Positions 8,860 to 18,602 of a stretch of 64,000 nucleotides of DNA are shown piece after piece. The position numbers and the translations under genes were made by a program. The first letter of the stretch is position 1. Each line of letters opens with the position of its first letter. The notes under the pieces were generated by a model, which worked only from the letters and a program-made list of their open reading frames with translations, was not told the DNA's origin and searched no databases. The stretch lies in the IMG/VR virus record IMGVR_UViG_3300010354_000050, positions 1 to 64,000 of that record; one strand, given 5' to 3'. Source of the stretch: a virus.

Positions 8860-9255
8860 ATGATTGATCTCAAAGAATTTATTGATCAAGGCTGGGAAGA
8901 TCAACAAAAGTATGACGCTGCTGCTGATCGACTAGGCCCAGAAGAACTTGAAATGGCTTGTTATATTCAAGATCGCTATGAAAAGATCATTGAATATATG
9001 GGCCACATGATTGAAGAAGTTGTTGAAGCTCGTAGGTTAGTTCCCAGACGTACTTGGAAAAAAGAAGAAATTTCCTACTTGCATTCTGACTTCCTTCGCA
9101 AAGAATTTATTAGTGAAATGTTTGACATTTTGCTTTTTCACCGTGCAGTACTAGCCTATGCTGGTATTTCAGGTGAAGAGTTTGAACAGGTAGCCATGGA
9201 AAAATACCAATACAATCTTCAACGCCCTGATCACAACCTAGGAAATAAAATCTAA
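8860..9255 (+). CDS. All-alpha NTP pyrophosphatase (MazG/dimeric dUTPase-like)
   Basis: EEVVE...RRTWK...SEMFDILLF and K...N..R C-terminal motifs. Confidence 0.7.
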   Translation: MIDLKEFIDQGWEDQQKYDAAADRLGPEELEMACYIQDRYEKIIEYMGHMIEEVVEARRLVPRRTWKKEEISYLHSDFLRKEFISEMFDILLFHRAVLAYAGISGEEFEQVAMEKYQYNLQRPDHNLGNKI

Positions 9256-9587
9256 TGAAAACTTTTGCTGAGATGTTGGCTAAATCAATCTGCTTTGATA
9301 TTGATGATGTTGTAGTGAATGGGAAATTAATTGATCAATCTTTTATAGAAAAATTAAGGGAAGCTTATGAAAAAGGTTGGTATATCTTAATTTTCTCAAG
9401 ACGAGGGCAAGTTGAAACTAATGGTAACCCTTCTCTAGACAAGAGTAAAATTGTATTTGAAATTCAAAAAACCTGTGAATGGTTTGAAATCCCTTTTCAC
9501 CAAATTCAATTAGGAAAGCCTGTTTCTGCAATTACTATTGATAACTCAGCTATTACCACAGATACTTTTGAAAAGTTTGTTTTCTAG
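9255..9587 (+). CDS. HAD-like hydrolase
   Basis: CFDIDD motif I, FSRR, LGKP...IDN. Confidence 0.65.
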   Translation: MKTFAEMLAKSICFDIDDVVVNGKLIDQSFIEKLREAYEKGWYILIFSRRGQVETNGNPSLDKSKIVFEIQKTCEWFEIPFHQIQLGKPVSAITIDNSAITTDTFEKFVF

Positions 9588-9712
9588 ATCTTTTAAGAAC
9601 TCTAATTAAAAGCAAAGGGGTGGAATTTACCACCCCTTCTCAATAGTAAGGGAAACTTGACAAATAGGAGAAATAGTGATATAATACCAATGTATTTGTA
9701 AACATATAAATT

Positions 9713-9922
9713 ATGGATTTTGAAGATGTTTTAGGGAAAATAAGAACCTTTGATTATGGTACTGTTTGGGAAAGCTTTTTCAAAGTTGAGTATGGAATTG
9801 AATGGATGAAAACTGCATGGGAAGCTTTCAAAAGCATTAACAGTGATTACTTTGAATATATGGATTTAGAAGAAATTGCCAAAAAATATGTCATCATGTT
9901 GAATGAAGAGCTAGACAATTAA
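9713..9922 (+). CDS. Hypothetical protein
   Basis: Follows TTGACA-17-TATAAT; stop overlaps the next start. Confidence 0.7.
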   Translation: MDFEDVLGKIRTFDYGTVWESFFKVEYGIEWMKTAWEAFKSINSDYFEYMDLEEIAKKYVIMLNEELDN

Positions 9923-10362
9923 TGGAAAACCTTAATAAATGGGATTTTAGATTCATAGGATTAGCTAAAACAATTTCCCAATGGTCTAAAGATCCTGGAA
10001 CAAAAGTAGGAGTAGTTTTAGTAAAAGAAAAAAGAATCATATCCACAGGATATAATGGTTTTCCTGAAGGAATCAGTGATTCCCTAGAAAGGTACAATGA
10101 CAGAGAAATAAAACTTCTTTACACTGTTCATGCAGAAGTTAACGCTATATTAAATGCTGCTAAAAATGGCTCTGAAACCAGAAAATCTATTCTATATACT
10201 ACCTTTCCTCCGTGCATTAGTTGTTCAAAGTCTATAATTCAAGCTGGCATATCTACAGTTATTAGACCCTCCTTAAATAATATGCCCGAAAGATGGTTAG
10301 AAAATTTTCAAATAGCACAAGAAGTTTTATCTGAAGCTAAAGTTGTAATTAAGGAGTATTGA
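9922..10362 (+). CDS. dCMP deaminase
   Basis: SKDPGTKVG, GYNGFP, HAEVNA and PCISC zinc motifs. Confidence 0.92.
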   Translation: MENLNKWDFRFIGLAKTISQWSKDPGTKVGVVLVKEKRIISTGYNGFPEGISDSLERYNDREIKLLYTVHAEVNAILNAAKNGSETRKSILYTTFPPCISCSKSIIQAGISTVIRPSLNNMPERWLENFQIAQEVLSEAKVVIKEY

Positions 10363-10365
10363 GTA

Positions 10366-10593
10366 ATGGAAAATTGTAAAGTTTGTCCAAAGTGTGAAGC
10401 AAAGTTTATCAATGGTCAACACTACTGGTCTACAGGGATGAAAGGGAACCCTGTAGATTTGGCTTCCCTTGTATGCAGACCCTATGGAGATAGTAGCTGT
10501 ATCAACCCTTGTGTAAATGTTCCTGGAGGAGTTACATGGGAAGATAGAGCAGGTAACTTTGAAGTTTCTTATAGAGAAGTAGATCTGCAATGA
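10366..10593 (+). CDS. Cys-rich conserved cyanophage-type protein
   Basis: CPKC...NGQHYWSTG..GN..DLA.LVC...CINP. Confidence 0.65.
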   Translation: MENCKVCPKCEAKFINGQHYWSTGMKGNPVDLASLVCRPYGDSSCINPCVNVPGGVTWEDRAGNFEVSYREVDLQ

Positions 10594-10865
10594 GCTATTT
10601 ATTAGTTTTAACTTTTTTTGCCCTAGTCGGTTCAATTTCTTTCTTAGGAATTAATGAGCCTGTAACTCTTTCTGCTGAAGAGCTTCCTTCGTTTGTTAGA
10701 CAATTAGCCAAAGAAGCCTTTCTAGAAGGAAGAACCATCATGAATAAAAATGACAAAGGACAGATAGAATCTGTTAGTGGTTCCAAATGGCAAGATCTAG
10801 AAATATTAGTATTAAGTTCCATTTGGATTAAAGAAATAGAGCGGTTAAAAGGATTGAAAAAATAA
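10590..10865 (+). CDS. Hypothetical protein with N-terminal TM/signal segment
   Basis: Hydrophobic N-terminus; translationally coupled to neighbours. Confidence 0.65.
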   Translation: MSYLLVLTFFALVGSISFLGINEPVTLSAEELPSFVRQLAKEAFLEGRTIMNKNDKGQIESVSGSKWQDLEILVLSSIWIKEIERLKGLKK

Positions 10866-11362
10866 TGAAGGAAGTTATTGAAAAATATGAACCCCTTGTT
10901 CACAAATTAGCCCGAAAATATTCCTACCTAGCTCCTCAACTAAGCCATGAGGATTTGGTTCAAGAGGGTGTAATAGGATTAATAGATGCTTTAGAGACTT
11001 ACGATCCTAACAAAGGTAGCAAATTTATAACCTGGGCCTATTATAAAGTAATGGGTGGGATCACATCTTGCAAAAAATTCAACCGCAAAACTCCCTATAA
11101 TGTAGACAAAGTTCAACTTGATCATGAACCATTTTACTTACCCGATGGTAAGATTGAAAAAGTTGTAAACACTTTTGCAAAGAAACCTTTGCACAGGGAG
11201 ATCATTAAACTAAAGTTTGGTTTATTTGGCTACCCTGAAATGACTAGCAAACAAATTGCTAGAGAACTAAAGGTTTCTAAAACCCTAGTAGATTCTGCTC
11301 TATATGAATTTAAGAAAAAAGTAAGAGTAAATTGTCCTGATTTGCTAAAATATATTTTATGA
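10865..11362 (+). CDS. Phage RNA polymerase sigma factor (sigma70 regions 2 and 4)
   Basis: LVHKLARKY...EDLVQEG.IGL..A.E.YDPNKG.KF.TWAY and C-terminal HTH IARELKVS. Confidence 0.9.
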   Translation: MKEVIEKYEPLVHKLARKYSYLAPQLSHEDLVQEGVIGLIDALETYDPNKGSKFITWAYYKVMGGITSCKKFNRKTPYNVDKVQLDHEPFYLPDGKIEKVVNTFAKKPLHREIIKLKFGLFGYPEMTSKQIARELKVSKTLVDSALYEFKKKVRVNCPDLLKYIL

Positions 11363-11670
11363 CCCTTATAATTCCTGACAGAGTTGTAAAGATTTCTGAT
11401 AGCACTTGCCCTATTTGCAGTCAACTATCTGAGTTTGATCTTTCTGTATGTTTGACGCTTAATATAGGCCTCACAGAAATTCACTTGAATTTTTTGCATA
11501 ACTATCCTAACTATTACCAGTATGTTTTGCAAAATTTTGTTGATTCAGAAGGGTTAGTAAATGTACCCATCTATCTAGTTTTAGAAAGAGACATTATTAC
11601 AAAATCTATTTTAGGAAACCCTTTTCTGAATGAAAATGAATTTGTAAAAAAGTTACTCAGCTTGCACTAA
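11359..11670 (+). CDS. Thioredoxin-like protein
   Basis: CPIC motif near the N-terminus and VP cis-Pro-like motif. Confidence 0.55.
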   Translation: MTLIIPDRVVKISDSTCPICSQLSEFDLSVCLTLNIGLTEIHLNFLHNYPNYYQYVLQNFVDSEGLVNVPIYLVLERDIITKSILGNPFLNENEFVKKLLSLH

Positions 11671-11677
11671 CAGGAAA

Positions 11678-12373
11678 ATGAAAAAAACTGCCATAGTATT
11701 AGGAATAAGTGGAACTATTGCCCTAAGCGCTTCTGCCATAGCTAGTAGCACCATTAGCACAACTCCTCATTGTACCTTTATGGTTCCCGGCCCAGCTACC
11801 CAGGAAAATTCAGTAGGGTGGTATTTAGATGGCCAGCATAAACTAGATGTACCAGATACTTGGACAACTTCTAGAACTTACAAAGAATTAGCTCAATATG
11901 GCTGGTGCAATGTTAGTTTATTAACCCCTAGCTCTCACCAGATCGAAGAAATTAAAATTGGAGATTCTGTTGGAGATTTCAAAGTAACCAGTAGTTTCGG
12001 AAGTAGGGAAAGTCCTTGTCCAGGGTGCAGTAGTTGGCACCCTGGCATTGACGTTAATACTCCTGTTGGTATCCCCTTGGTATCTCCTGGTAATGTAGAG
12101 GTGAAGTGTTGGACAGATGGAAGAGGCGGCGGATTAGTTGGAGAATTTTTGTATGAAGGTATGGTTCATCAATTTCTCCATATAGACCAATGTATACCTG
12201 GCCCAAAAGTCTATGGTGATGTTTTTGCTGCTACAGGTAATACTGGGAAAGGTACTGGCCCACACCTTGATTATAGGGTTAAAATGGTAGATAGTCAAGG
12301 CAGAATGGCTAGAGTTTATCCCCCAAGACAAGTATTAGAATTTGTTGTAAATCCAGAAAAGTTTATCCAATGA
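11678..12373 (+). CDS. Secreted M23 peptidase (peptidoglycan endopeptidase)
   Basis: Signal peptide, HPGIDV, and GNTG.GTGPHLD motifs. Confidence 0.88.
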   Translation: MKKTAIVLGISGTIALSASAIASSTISTTPHCTFMVPGPATQENSVGWYLDGQHKLDVPDTWTTSRTYKELAQYGWCNVSLLTPSSHQIEEIKIGDSVGDFKVTSSFGSRESPCPGCSSWHPGIDVNTPVGIPLVSPGNVEVKCWTDGRGGGLVGEFLYEGMVHQFLHIDQCIPGPKVYGDVFAATGNTGKGTGPHLDYRVKMVDSQGRMARVYPPRQVLEFVVNPEKFIQ

Positions 12374-13101
12374 TTGAAGCTTTTATACCAATTGACCCCA
12401 GTACAGTAATAAATAGTGCTACACCTGAAGCTCTCCCGTGTGAGCAGATAATAATTGGAGAACCTAATTCAGATGGGCAGAATACTTGGCACCTTAATGG
12501 CCAAGAAGTTCTAGCAACTCCCGGTGCTTGGAACATCTGGAGAGTATATGAAGAACTTGAAAGTTATGGATATTGCAAAGCGCCTTTTACAAAAGCTGAA
12601 GGGGCTAAAATAAGATGGGGTCATGAAAATTTCTCCCCTCTGGAGCCTATGCCATCTGAAGGTGGTGAAGCCTTAGGAGAATTTGTAGCTAAACAAGCCC
12701 TAACCTGGACAGGAGTTTACTATCGCCAAGGTGTCAAAGAAAGATGTGCTGAATGGGTTAGGCACGTATATGGGCAAATTAATGTTCCTGTAGGGAAAGC
12801 AGCAACAAGTTGGGGGCCACTCATGGCAGATAGCTTTTATGGAGAAGGAGATGAACTTGGAAAAATGATCTTTAACCTAGAAGATCTTAGACCTGGTGAT
12901 ATTGTAATGTATGAAAATACCTATAGTGGGCCTGGTAGGGTTCTCCCTGGATATATGGGTGAATCCAAAATTACCCATGTCGCTATTTATGTAGGGGAGG
13001 GGATGATAGTTGACCGCCCAACTTCCCAAGGGTCAGTTAGACATAGATCCATTCACACCTTCAAGTTCCATTCAGCCCTTAGACCCCATGCTTTGCTTTA
13101 G
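12370..13101 (+). CDS. NlpC/P60 (CHAP-like) cell-wall hydrolase
   Basis: CAEWV catalytic Cys, LRPGDIV, THVAIYVG. Confidence 0.85.
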   Translation: MIEAFIPIDPSTVINSATPEALPCEQIIIGEPNSDGQNTWHLNGQEVLATPGAWNIWRVYEELESYGYCKAPFTKAEGAKIRWGHENFSPLEPMPSEGGEALGEFVAKQALTWTGVYYRQGVKERCAEWVRHVYGQINVPVGKAATSWGPLMADSFYGEGDELGKMIFNLEDLRPGDIVMYENTYSGPGRVLPGYMGESKITHVAIYVGEGMIVDRPTSQGSVRHRSIHTFKFHSALRPHALL

Positions 13102-13140
13102 TTTTATTATTGTAAACGTTATTGACAAGGAGTTATAATT

Positions 13141-13989
13141 TTGTTTGAACCATTAGGAGCAGCTTTAATCCTATCTACAGCAACTCCAGATGCCCCTGAG
13201 TGTTGGGAACTCCAACCTGGAGATCCTATGACATCTGAAATGGTGGGGTGGTATAACAAAGAAGGGGCTCATGTTTTAGATGTTCCCCATACCTGGACTA
13301 TAGACAGAACTTATCAAGAACTGGTAAGTTACGGTCTGTGTAACCAACCAGAATTTAATACAAAAAACATTATAGAAGAAAAATCTGATAAAGTATTTAA
13401 CACTCTGCCAATTGTTGTCCCTCCAACTTTCCCCTTAGAAGTTACAGATTGGGTACTACAAAGGTCTATTGGCAGAGCAGAAGGGACTAGAGACAGGAAT
13501 GGGAACCCTAACCAAGCTTGGTATGGGCACAACGATCCGGGTTGGCAAGGTAAATGTCAGAATATTGGATCATTTAGTTATCAGCATTGTGCAAACAACC
13601 CTGAAGAAGCAGATCAAAAATGGTTAGGAGTATTGAGAAATACTGCTGAACCTTTGATCCAAAATAGGGCTAAGGAAAGATTTGGCATACCTTTGTCTTC
13701 CGCAGCTTTAGTAGTTGGCCTAGATGCTTGGACACAATCTCCTGATGCAGGTAGAAGGTATGTAAAACACCTCCCTTCACCTGATCCCAGTCCCGAACAA
13801 TTAATTGCAGCTAGGGTAGCAGCTTTGAATGAATCTAGGGGTGCAATTGGGGGGCCAGCGTGGTTTAAGGTAGAGCCAGACCAAGAAAGGAGGGTAAAGG
13901 CTATCCTAGGTCAACTAGAGATTTTGCATAATGAACAAAACGAAGCAGAAAGACAAAAGTTGCTCGAACAGCTAGAACAAAATAAGTAG
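13141..13989 (+). CDS. Putative lysozyme-like cell-wall hydrolase
   Basis: IGRAEGTR...YGHNDPG...NIGSFSYQH motif; third gene of the hydrolase cluster. Confidence 0.6.
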   Translation: MFEPLGAALILSTATPDAPECWELQPGDPMTSEMVGWYNKEGAHVLDVPHTWTIDRTYQELVSYGLCNQPEFNTKNIIEEKSDKVFNTLPIVVPPTFPLEVTDWVLQRSIGRAEGTRDRNGNPNQAWYGHNDPGWQGKCQNIGSFSYQHCANNPEEADQKWLGVLRNTAEPLIQNRAKERFGIPLSSAALVVGLDAWTQSPDAGRRYVKHLPSPDPSPEQLIAARVAALNESRGAIGGPAWFKVEPDQERRVKAILGQLEILHNEQNEAERQKLLEQLEQNK

Positions 13990-14004
13990 GAAACTTTCAA
14001 ACCG

Positions 14005-14223
14005 ATGCAAGACCAAATTCAAGAATGTGTCAATATTTTGACAGGTTACTTTAATTCTGAGAAGGAAAGAATCAAACAAAAAGAATATCAAATTCAAAGT
14101 TGCCTTGATACTCTTTCAGTTATTGAAAAAGAATTGAAACAAAAAAATCAAGAATTAGAAAATCTTAAAAAACCTGTATCCTGGCATATGAATTTGCTAG
14201 AAGTAGTTAGGCAATTTGTCTAA
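14005..14223 (+). CDS. Coiled-coil hypothetical protein
   Basis: ORF with RBS, followed by a terminator. Confidence 0.6.
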   Translation: MQDQIQECVNILTGYFNSEKERIKQKEYQIQSCLDTLSVIEKELKQKNQELENLKKPVSWHMNLLEVVRQFV

Positions 14224-14304
14224 TCTATAAAATAGAAAAGCAAAGGAAGGGAGAACCTGCTTCTCCCTTCTTTTTTAGCCCCCCTGTTGCTATTAAAGAA
14301 TAAA

Positions 14305-14550
14305 ATGAAACATCCTGAATGCTGCAAAAAGAATTTTTTTGAAAAAATTTCAACATCCTTTGTAGATTCTATTGGAAAAATATCTAAAGACCCAACTATA
14401 GCTAGTTCAGAAATTATAGAAGAAAGGTTGAAAGTTTGCCAAAATTGTGATAGACTTAATAAGTCCTTAGGGATTTGCAAGGAGTGTGGTTGTATAATTA
14501 AGCTAAAAACCCAGTTTGATGCTGTAAGTTGTCCATTAGGAAAATGGTAA
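14305..14550 (+). CDS. Cys-rich zinc-binding phage protein (DUF6171-like)
   Basis: ERLKVCQNC...CKECGC...KT.....SCPLGKW. Confidence 0.75.
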   Translation: MKHPECCKKNFFEKISTSFVDSIGKISKDPTIASSEIIEERLKVCQNCDRLNKSLGICKECGCIIKLKTQFDAVSCPLGKW

Positions 14551-14613
14551 TTGTTAAAAGTTGAAGGGTAAATTTTTCAAACCTGATAGTGAAGTAGTTG
14601 TTATTTTCTTCAG

Positions 14614-14823
14614 ATGTTTGAACTTCAACTTGCAAAACAATCAATACAACATTACTTCCAAAACCTAACTCCTCAACCATACTGTGTTGAAGTTTATCAG
14701 TGGGGTTCTGAAAATATCCTTCTTGTAAAATTTTATATATACCATCAATACATTGGTAAGTTATTAGTTGAAGACTTAAACAACCTACAGGAGAAAATAA
14801 AAAAGTTTTTGAATTTACTTTAG
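14614..14823 (+). CDS. Hypothetical protein
   Basis: ORF upstream of nrdB. Confidence 0.55.
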   Translation: MFELQLAKQSIQHYFQNLTPQPYCVEVYQWGSENILLVKFYIYHQYIGKLLVEDLNNLQEKIKKFLNLL

Positions 14824-14845
14824 TTAGTTAAATAAAGGAAAAAAA

Positions 14846-15823
14846 ATGTCTATCACAGAATACAGAAAAGCCTACAAAGTTAAAGGATCTTTTGAATACC
14901 CGGAATACTATGAAAGATTCCAAAAAGCTATTGCTTCTGTTTGGCGACCAGAGGAAGTATCTCTTTCTCAGGATGTTAGTGACTGGTTTTTAGCAACAGA
15001 AGAAGAAAAGGCTGTTATTGGGGGTATCCTAAGAGGGTTTACTCAACTGGAACTTCAAGTTGAGTGTTATTGGAGGGATGTGGTTACTAAAATTTTCCCT
15101 AAGCATGAAATTGTTTCAATGTGTAGTGTATTCAGTACCTTTGAAGGAATCCATGCAGCGGCTTACAACATATTGTCAGATACCTTGGGCATAGATGAAT
15201 TTGAAGCTTTCCTAGGTGATCCTGCGGCAAGAAACAAAATTGATTATTTTGTTAATCACACAGATACTATCACATCATTAGGTGTATTTAGTGGTGCAGC
15301 CGAAGGGGTATCTCTCTTTAGTAGCTTTGCAGCTTTACTTAGTTTTAACCTAGACGGGAGATTCAAAGGTCTTTCTCAAATTATTTCTTGGAGTGCTTTA
15401 GATGAACAACAACACTCCGATGCAGGTTGTTCTTTATTCAGGGAGTTAGATAAAGAAGGAAGGATCAACCAAGGCCATAAAGACCTAATTGTAGAGGGGT
15501 TCAAGGCTGTTTTACAAAATGAAGATGCTTTCCTAGAAATAATCTTTGAAGGTCAAAACTTAAAATCTATTTGTAAAGACGATCTTTATCACTATTTACG
15601 CTATAGGGCCAATGACCGTTTAAGTCTATTAAATATTTCCTACAGATTTAACTACGATAGCAAAAAATCTGATAAGATTAGGGTATGGTTTGAGCCTATT
15701 TTAAGGGGGCAAGTTTCCAATGACTTCTTTGCCCACATCAAGGAAGGAAGTATGTATGTTGCAAAACCTTATCAGGACTTTTCAAACATTGCCTACAATT
15801 CCTTAGATCTCTCTTTGTCCTAA
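14846..15823 (+). CDS. nrdB: Class I ribonucleotide reductase beta subunit
   Basis: W.PEEV, EGIH..AY radical Tyr, EGVSLFSSF, DEQQH diiron ligands. Confidence 0.95.
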   Translation: MSITEYRKAYKVKGSFEYPEYYERFQKAIASVWRPEEVSLSQDVSDWFLATEEEKAVIGGILRGFTQLELQVECYWRDVVTKIFPKHEIVSMCSVFSTFEGIHAAAYNILSDTLGIDEFEAFLGDPAARNKIDYFVNHTDTITSLGVFSGAAEGVSLFSSFAALLSFNLDGRFKGLSQIISWSALDEQQHSDAGCSLFRELDKEGRINQGHKDLIVEGFKAVLQNEDAFLEIIFEGQNLKSICKDDLYHYLRYRANDRLSLLNISYRFNYDSKKSDKIRVWFEPILRGQVSNDFFAHIKEGSMYVAKPYQDFSNIAYNSLDLSLS

Positions 15824-15860
15824 GATTCAGTTTTCAACTATCTATTTTACATTTACTAAA

Positions 15861-17762
15861 ATGATTCAACAAGATCAACAACAAATCCCCAACTGGCTTA
15901 CAGAAGAAGGTGTAGAAACTCTTTCTCGTGGATATTTGCTACCTGGTGAAACTCCAAGAGGGATGCACACCCGTTTAGCTTCCTACGCTGCTAAAATCCT
16001 AGATAAACCAGAATTAGAAGAAGACCTATTTACTATCTTATGGCAAGGGTGGCTTGGCCCTGCTTCTCCTGTAGCTTCTAACTTTGGAACTAACCGTGGA
16101 TTACCTATTTCCTGCTATTCTGTTCATGTTGGAGACAGTGTTCAAAGCATATATTCTCACCTAAAGGAAGTTGCCCAACTATCTAAGAATGGTGGGGGTG
16201 TAGGAATCTATATGGGAGATATTCGATCATTAGGGTCTTCTATTTCTGGTGGTGGACAGTCAACCGGGGTAGTTCCTTGGGCACAACAATATGACCTTGC
16301 TGCTAGGGTAGTTAGTCAAGGAGGGGTACGCAGGGGTAGTTTTGCCATTTATTTACCTATTGACCACGCTGACGTACCCGAACTACTCCTAAGCAAAGAT
16401 CATTCTAAAGGTGATCCACGTAGATTTATTGACAGCAACATTGCCCTTACTATTACAGACCAATGGATTCAGGAAATGATGTTAGGTGATGCAGGAAAGC
16501 AGCACTTATTTGGTGAAGTTTTGAAAACCCGCCTAATGTCTGGTTCACCATACCTAGTCTTCATTGATAACGTAAATAATCAAAACCCTGCTTGCTACAA
16601 ACAACGGGGATTAAAAGTATCTACTTCCAACCTCTGTGCAGAAATCACTCTATACACTGATGAGGATCATTCTTTTGTTTGTGTACTTTCCTCCTTAAAC
16701 CTTGCAAATTATGAAGACTGGAAAAACTGGAGGGGTAAATCAGGTTTAAGTGTCCCCCAACTCAGCACTTATTTCTTGGATGCTGTAGTTTCAGATTTTA
16801 TCAACAAGGCTTCCCGAATCCCTAGCATGGGTAGGGCGGTAAGGTTTGCTAAAAAGTCTAGGGCACTTGGCTTAGGAACTATGGGATTGCACCTTCTTTA
16901 TCAAAAGAAAGGCTTACCATTCAAATCTGAAGAGGCCCGAAAGTTAAACATTGAAGTTCATAAGTTCATCAAAGAAGAAGCTGTAAGGGCCAGTAAGCAA
17001 TTAGCTAAGGAATATGGATCCCCTGAATGGTGTTTAGGGACAGGAATGAGACATACCCACCTCCTAGCTATTGCCCCTACTCGAACCAACTCTGTAATCA
17101 GTGGTGCTTTTTCCCAAGGAATTGAACCTGTTGATGCAAATTACTTTGTAGCTAAACAAGCAAAAGGCACCTTTATTCGTAAAAATCCTATTTTAGAGCA
17201 GCTTTTATGTTCAAAGGGTGTAGATAATTCTGTTTGGGATAGCATTTTAGAAGCAAGGGGTTCAGTTCAGCACTTAACTTGCTTAACCCCTGAAGAAAAA
17301 GAAGTCTTCAAAACCGCTAGAGAAATTGATCAGTTTGAATTAGTCAAACAAGCAGCAGATCGCACACCTTACATTTGTCAAGCACAAAGTTTGAATCTTT
17401 TTGTTGAACCTACTATTTCAGCAGAAGAATTAGCAAGACTTCACCTTGCAGCTTGGAAAAATGGTGTTAAATCTTTGTATTACTTGCGATCTACTTCCTT
17501 AGTAGTTAACCAGAGCAGGGAAGACAATAAACTAATTACTAAAAAGGATTGTCCTTGGTGTACTAAACTCAAGGAGCAGTTGAAACTAGATGGCATTAGT
17601 TTTATTGAAGTAGACAGGGAAGATGTTAAAGATTTCTCCTATAAAACAGTTCCTCAGCTTTGGATCAAAGGAGTTCATGTGGGGGGTTATACTGAATACA
17701 TGGAATCCTATCATTCTGAAAACCCTACTAATTATGATGAATGTGAAGCTTGTTCAGGGTAG
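15861..17762 (+). CDS. nrdA: Class I ribonucleotide reductase alpha subunit with fused glutaredoxin-like domain
   Basis: ISCY, GGGVG, QGGVRRG, SNLCAEI, IAPT, KSLYY; then CPWC...TVPQ...VGGY; terminal ECEACSG. Confidence 0.95.
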   Translation: MIQQDQQQIPNWLTEEGVETLSRGYLLPGETPRGMHTRLASYAAKILDKPELEEDLFTILWQGWLGPASPVASNFGTNRGLPISCYSVHVGDSVQSIYSHLKEVAQLSKNGGGVGIYMGDIRSLGSSISGGGQSTGVVPWAQQYDLAARVVSQGGVRRGSFAIYLPIDHADVPELLLSKDHSKGDPRRFIDSNIALTITDQWIQEMMLGDAGKQHLFGEVLKTRLMSGSPYLVFIDNVNNQNPACYKQRGLKVSTSNLCAEITLYTDEDHSFVCVLSSLNLANYEDWKNWRGKSGLSVPQLSTYFLDAVVSDFINKASRIPSMGRAVRFAKKSRALGLGTMGLHLLYQKKGLPFKSEEARKLNIEVHKFIKEEAVRASKQLAKEYGSPEWCLGTGMRHTHLLAIAPTRTNSVISGAFSQGIEPVDANYFVAKQAKGTFIRKNPILEQLLCSKGVDNSVWDSILEARGSVQHLTCLTPEEKEVFKTAREIDQFELVKQAADRTPYICQAQSLNLFVEPTISAEELARLHLAAWKNGVKSLYYLRSTSLVVNQSREDNKLITKKDCPWCTKLKEQLKLDGISFIEVDREDVKDFSYKTVPQLWIKGVHVGGYTEYMESYHSENPTNYDECEACSG

Positions 17763-17876
17763 TTAGTAAAGTTTTTGATTTTCTTTATAATAGTTTACAG
17801 GGGTATTATTAAATAAGTATTAATACCCCCTATAAGCTTTAAGTTAAAAACTTATAAGAAAAAAAAAGAAGATCAA

Positions 17877-18590
17877 ATGGCTAATAAATTAGGTAGCAAA
17901 AGCAGAAAACGTAAATACCCGCCTTTAACAAAAGAGCAACAAAAGTTAGTAGAAGACCACCTTTGGATAGCAGGTAAGTTAACCTATAGTGCTTCTCTGC
18001 ATACAAGAGGTTTTACAGGTTGTTTTACTAAAGATGATTTGGAGTCTATAGCCCGCTTCGCCCTATGTGTTGCTGCTACCAGATATGACCCTGACTTAGG
18101 TTGGAAATTTTCAACCTATGCTTGGAATACAGCTAGGGGTTATATTCAACACGCATTAAGGGATTATTCAAGAATAGTGAGGGTTCCTAGGTGGGTAATG
18201 CTTTCAAGGGATGGAGTTAGAAGCATGATAGCTAAAGGAATACCTTATATTGAGATTTCAAAAGAATTAAATCTTACTCAAGAACAAATATTTCTATGTG
18301 AACAATCTTGGAAAGAAATTCATAAATCCTATGATCACTATTCTGAAGATTCTAGGCAACTTGAATTTACTTATGAAATCGACTACTTAAAAGATCTACT
18401 AGGAAAAGAACTGCTGTTTGAACTTGGGAACTTATCTGATTCAGAAATTTCTTTCCTATTGAGTTATTTTGACAACAAATTAATCAGTCTAGAAGATACT
18501 CAAAAAGCAGAAAAAATGATTGAGAGTTTAAGAAATAAGGTAAAATCAGGAAAATTCCCAGTAGTGGTAAAACCATATAGCAACAAATAG
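17877..18590 (+). CDS. Second phage sigma factor (SigF/SigB-like)
   Basis: DDLES.A..ALC.AA.RYDP..G.KFSTYA...RG.IQHALRDYS..VRVPR. Confidence 0.88.
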   Translation: MANKLGSKSRKRKYPPLTKEQQKLVEDHLWIAGKLTYSASLHTRGFTGCFTKDDLESIARFALCVAATRYDPDLGWKFSTYAWNTARGYIQHALRDYSRIVRVPRWVMLSRDGVRSMIAKGIPYIEISKELNLTQEQIFLCEQSWKEIHKSYDHYSEDSRQLEFTYEIDYLKDLLGKELLFELGNLSDSEISFLLSYFDNKLISLEDTQKAEKMIESLRNKVKSGKFPVVVKPYSNK

Positions 18591-18602
18591 TTATTGTGAA
18601 AA

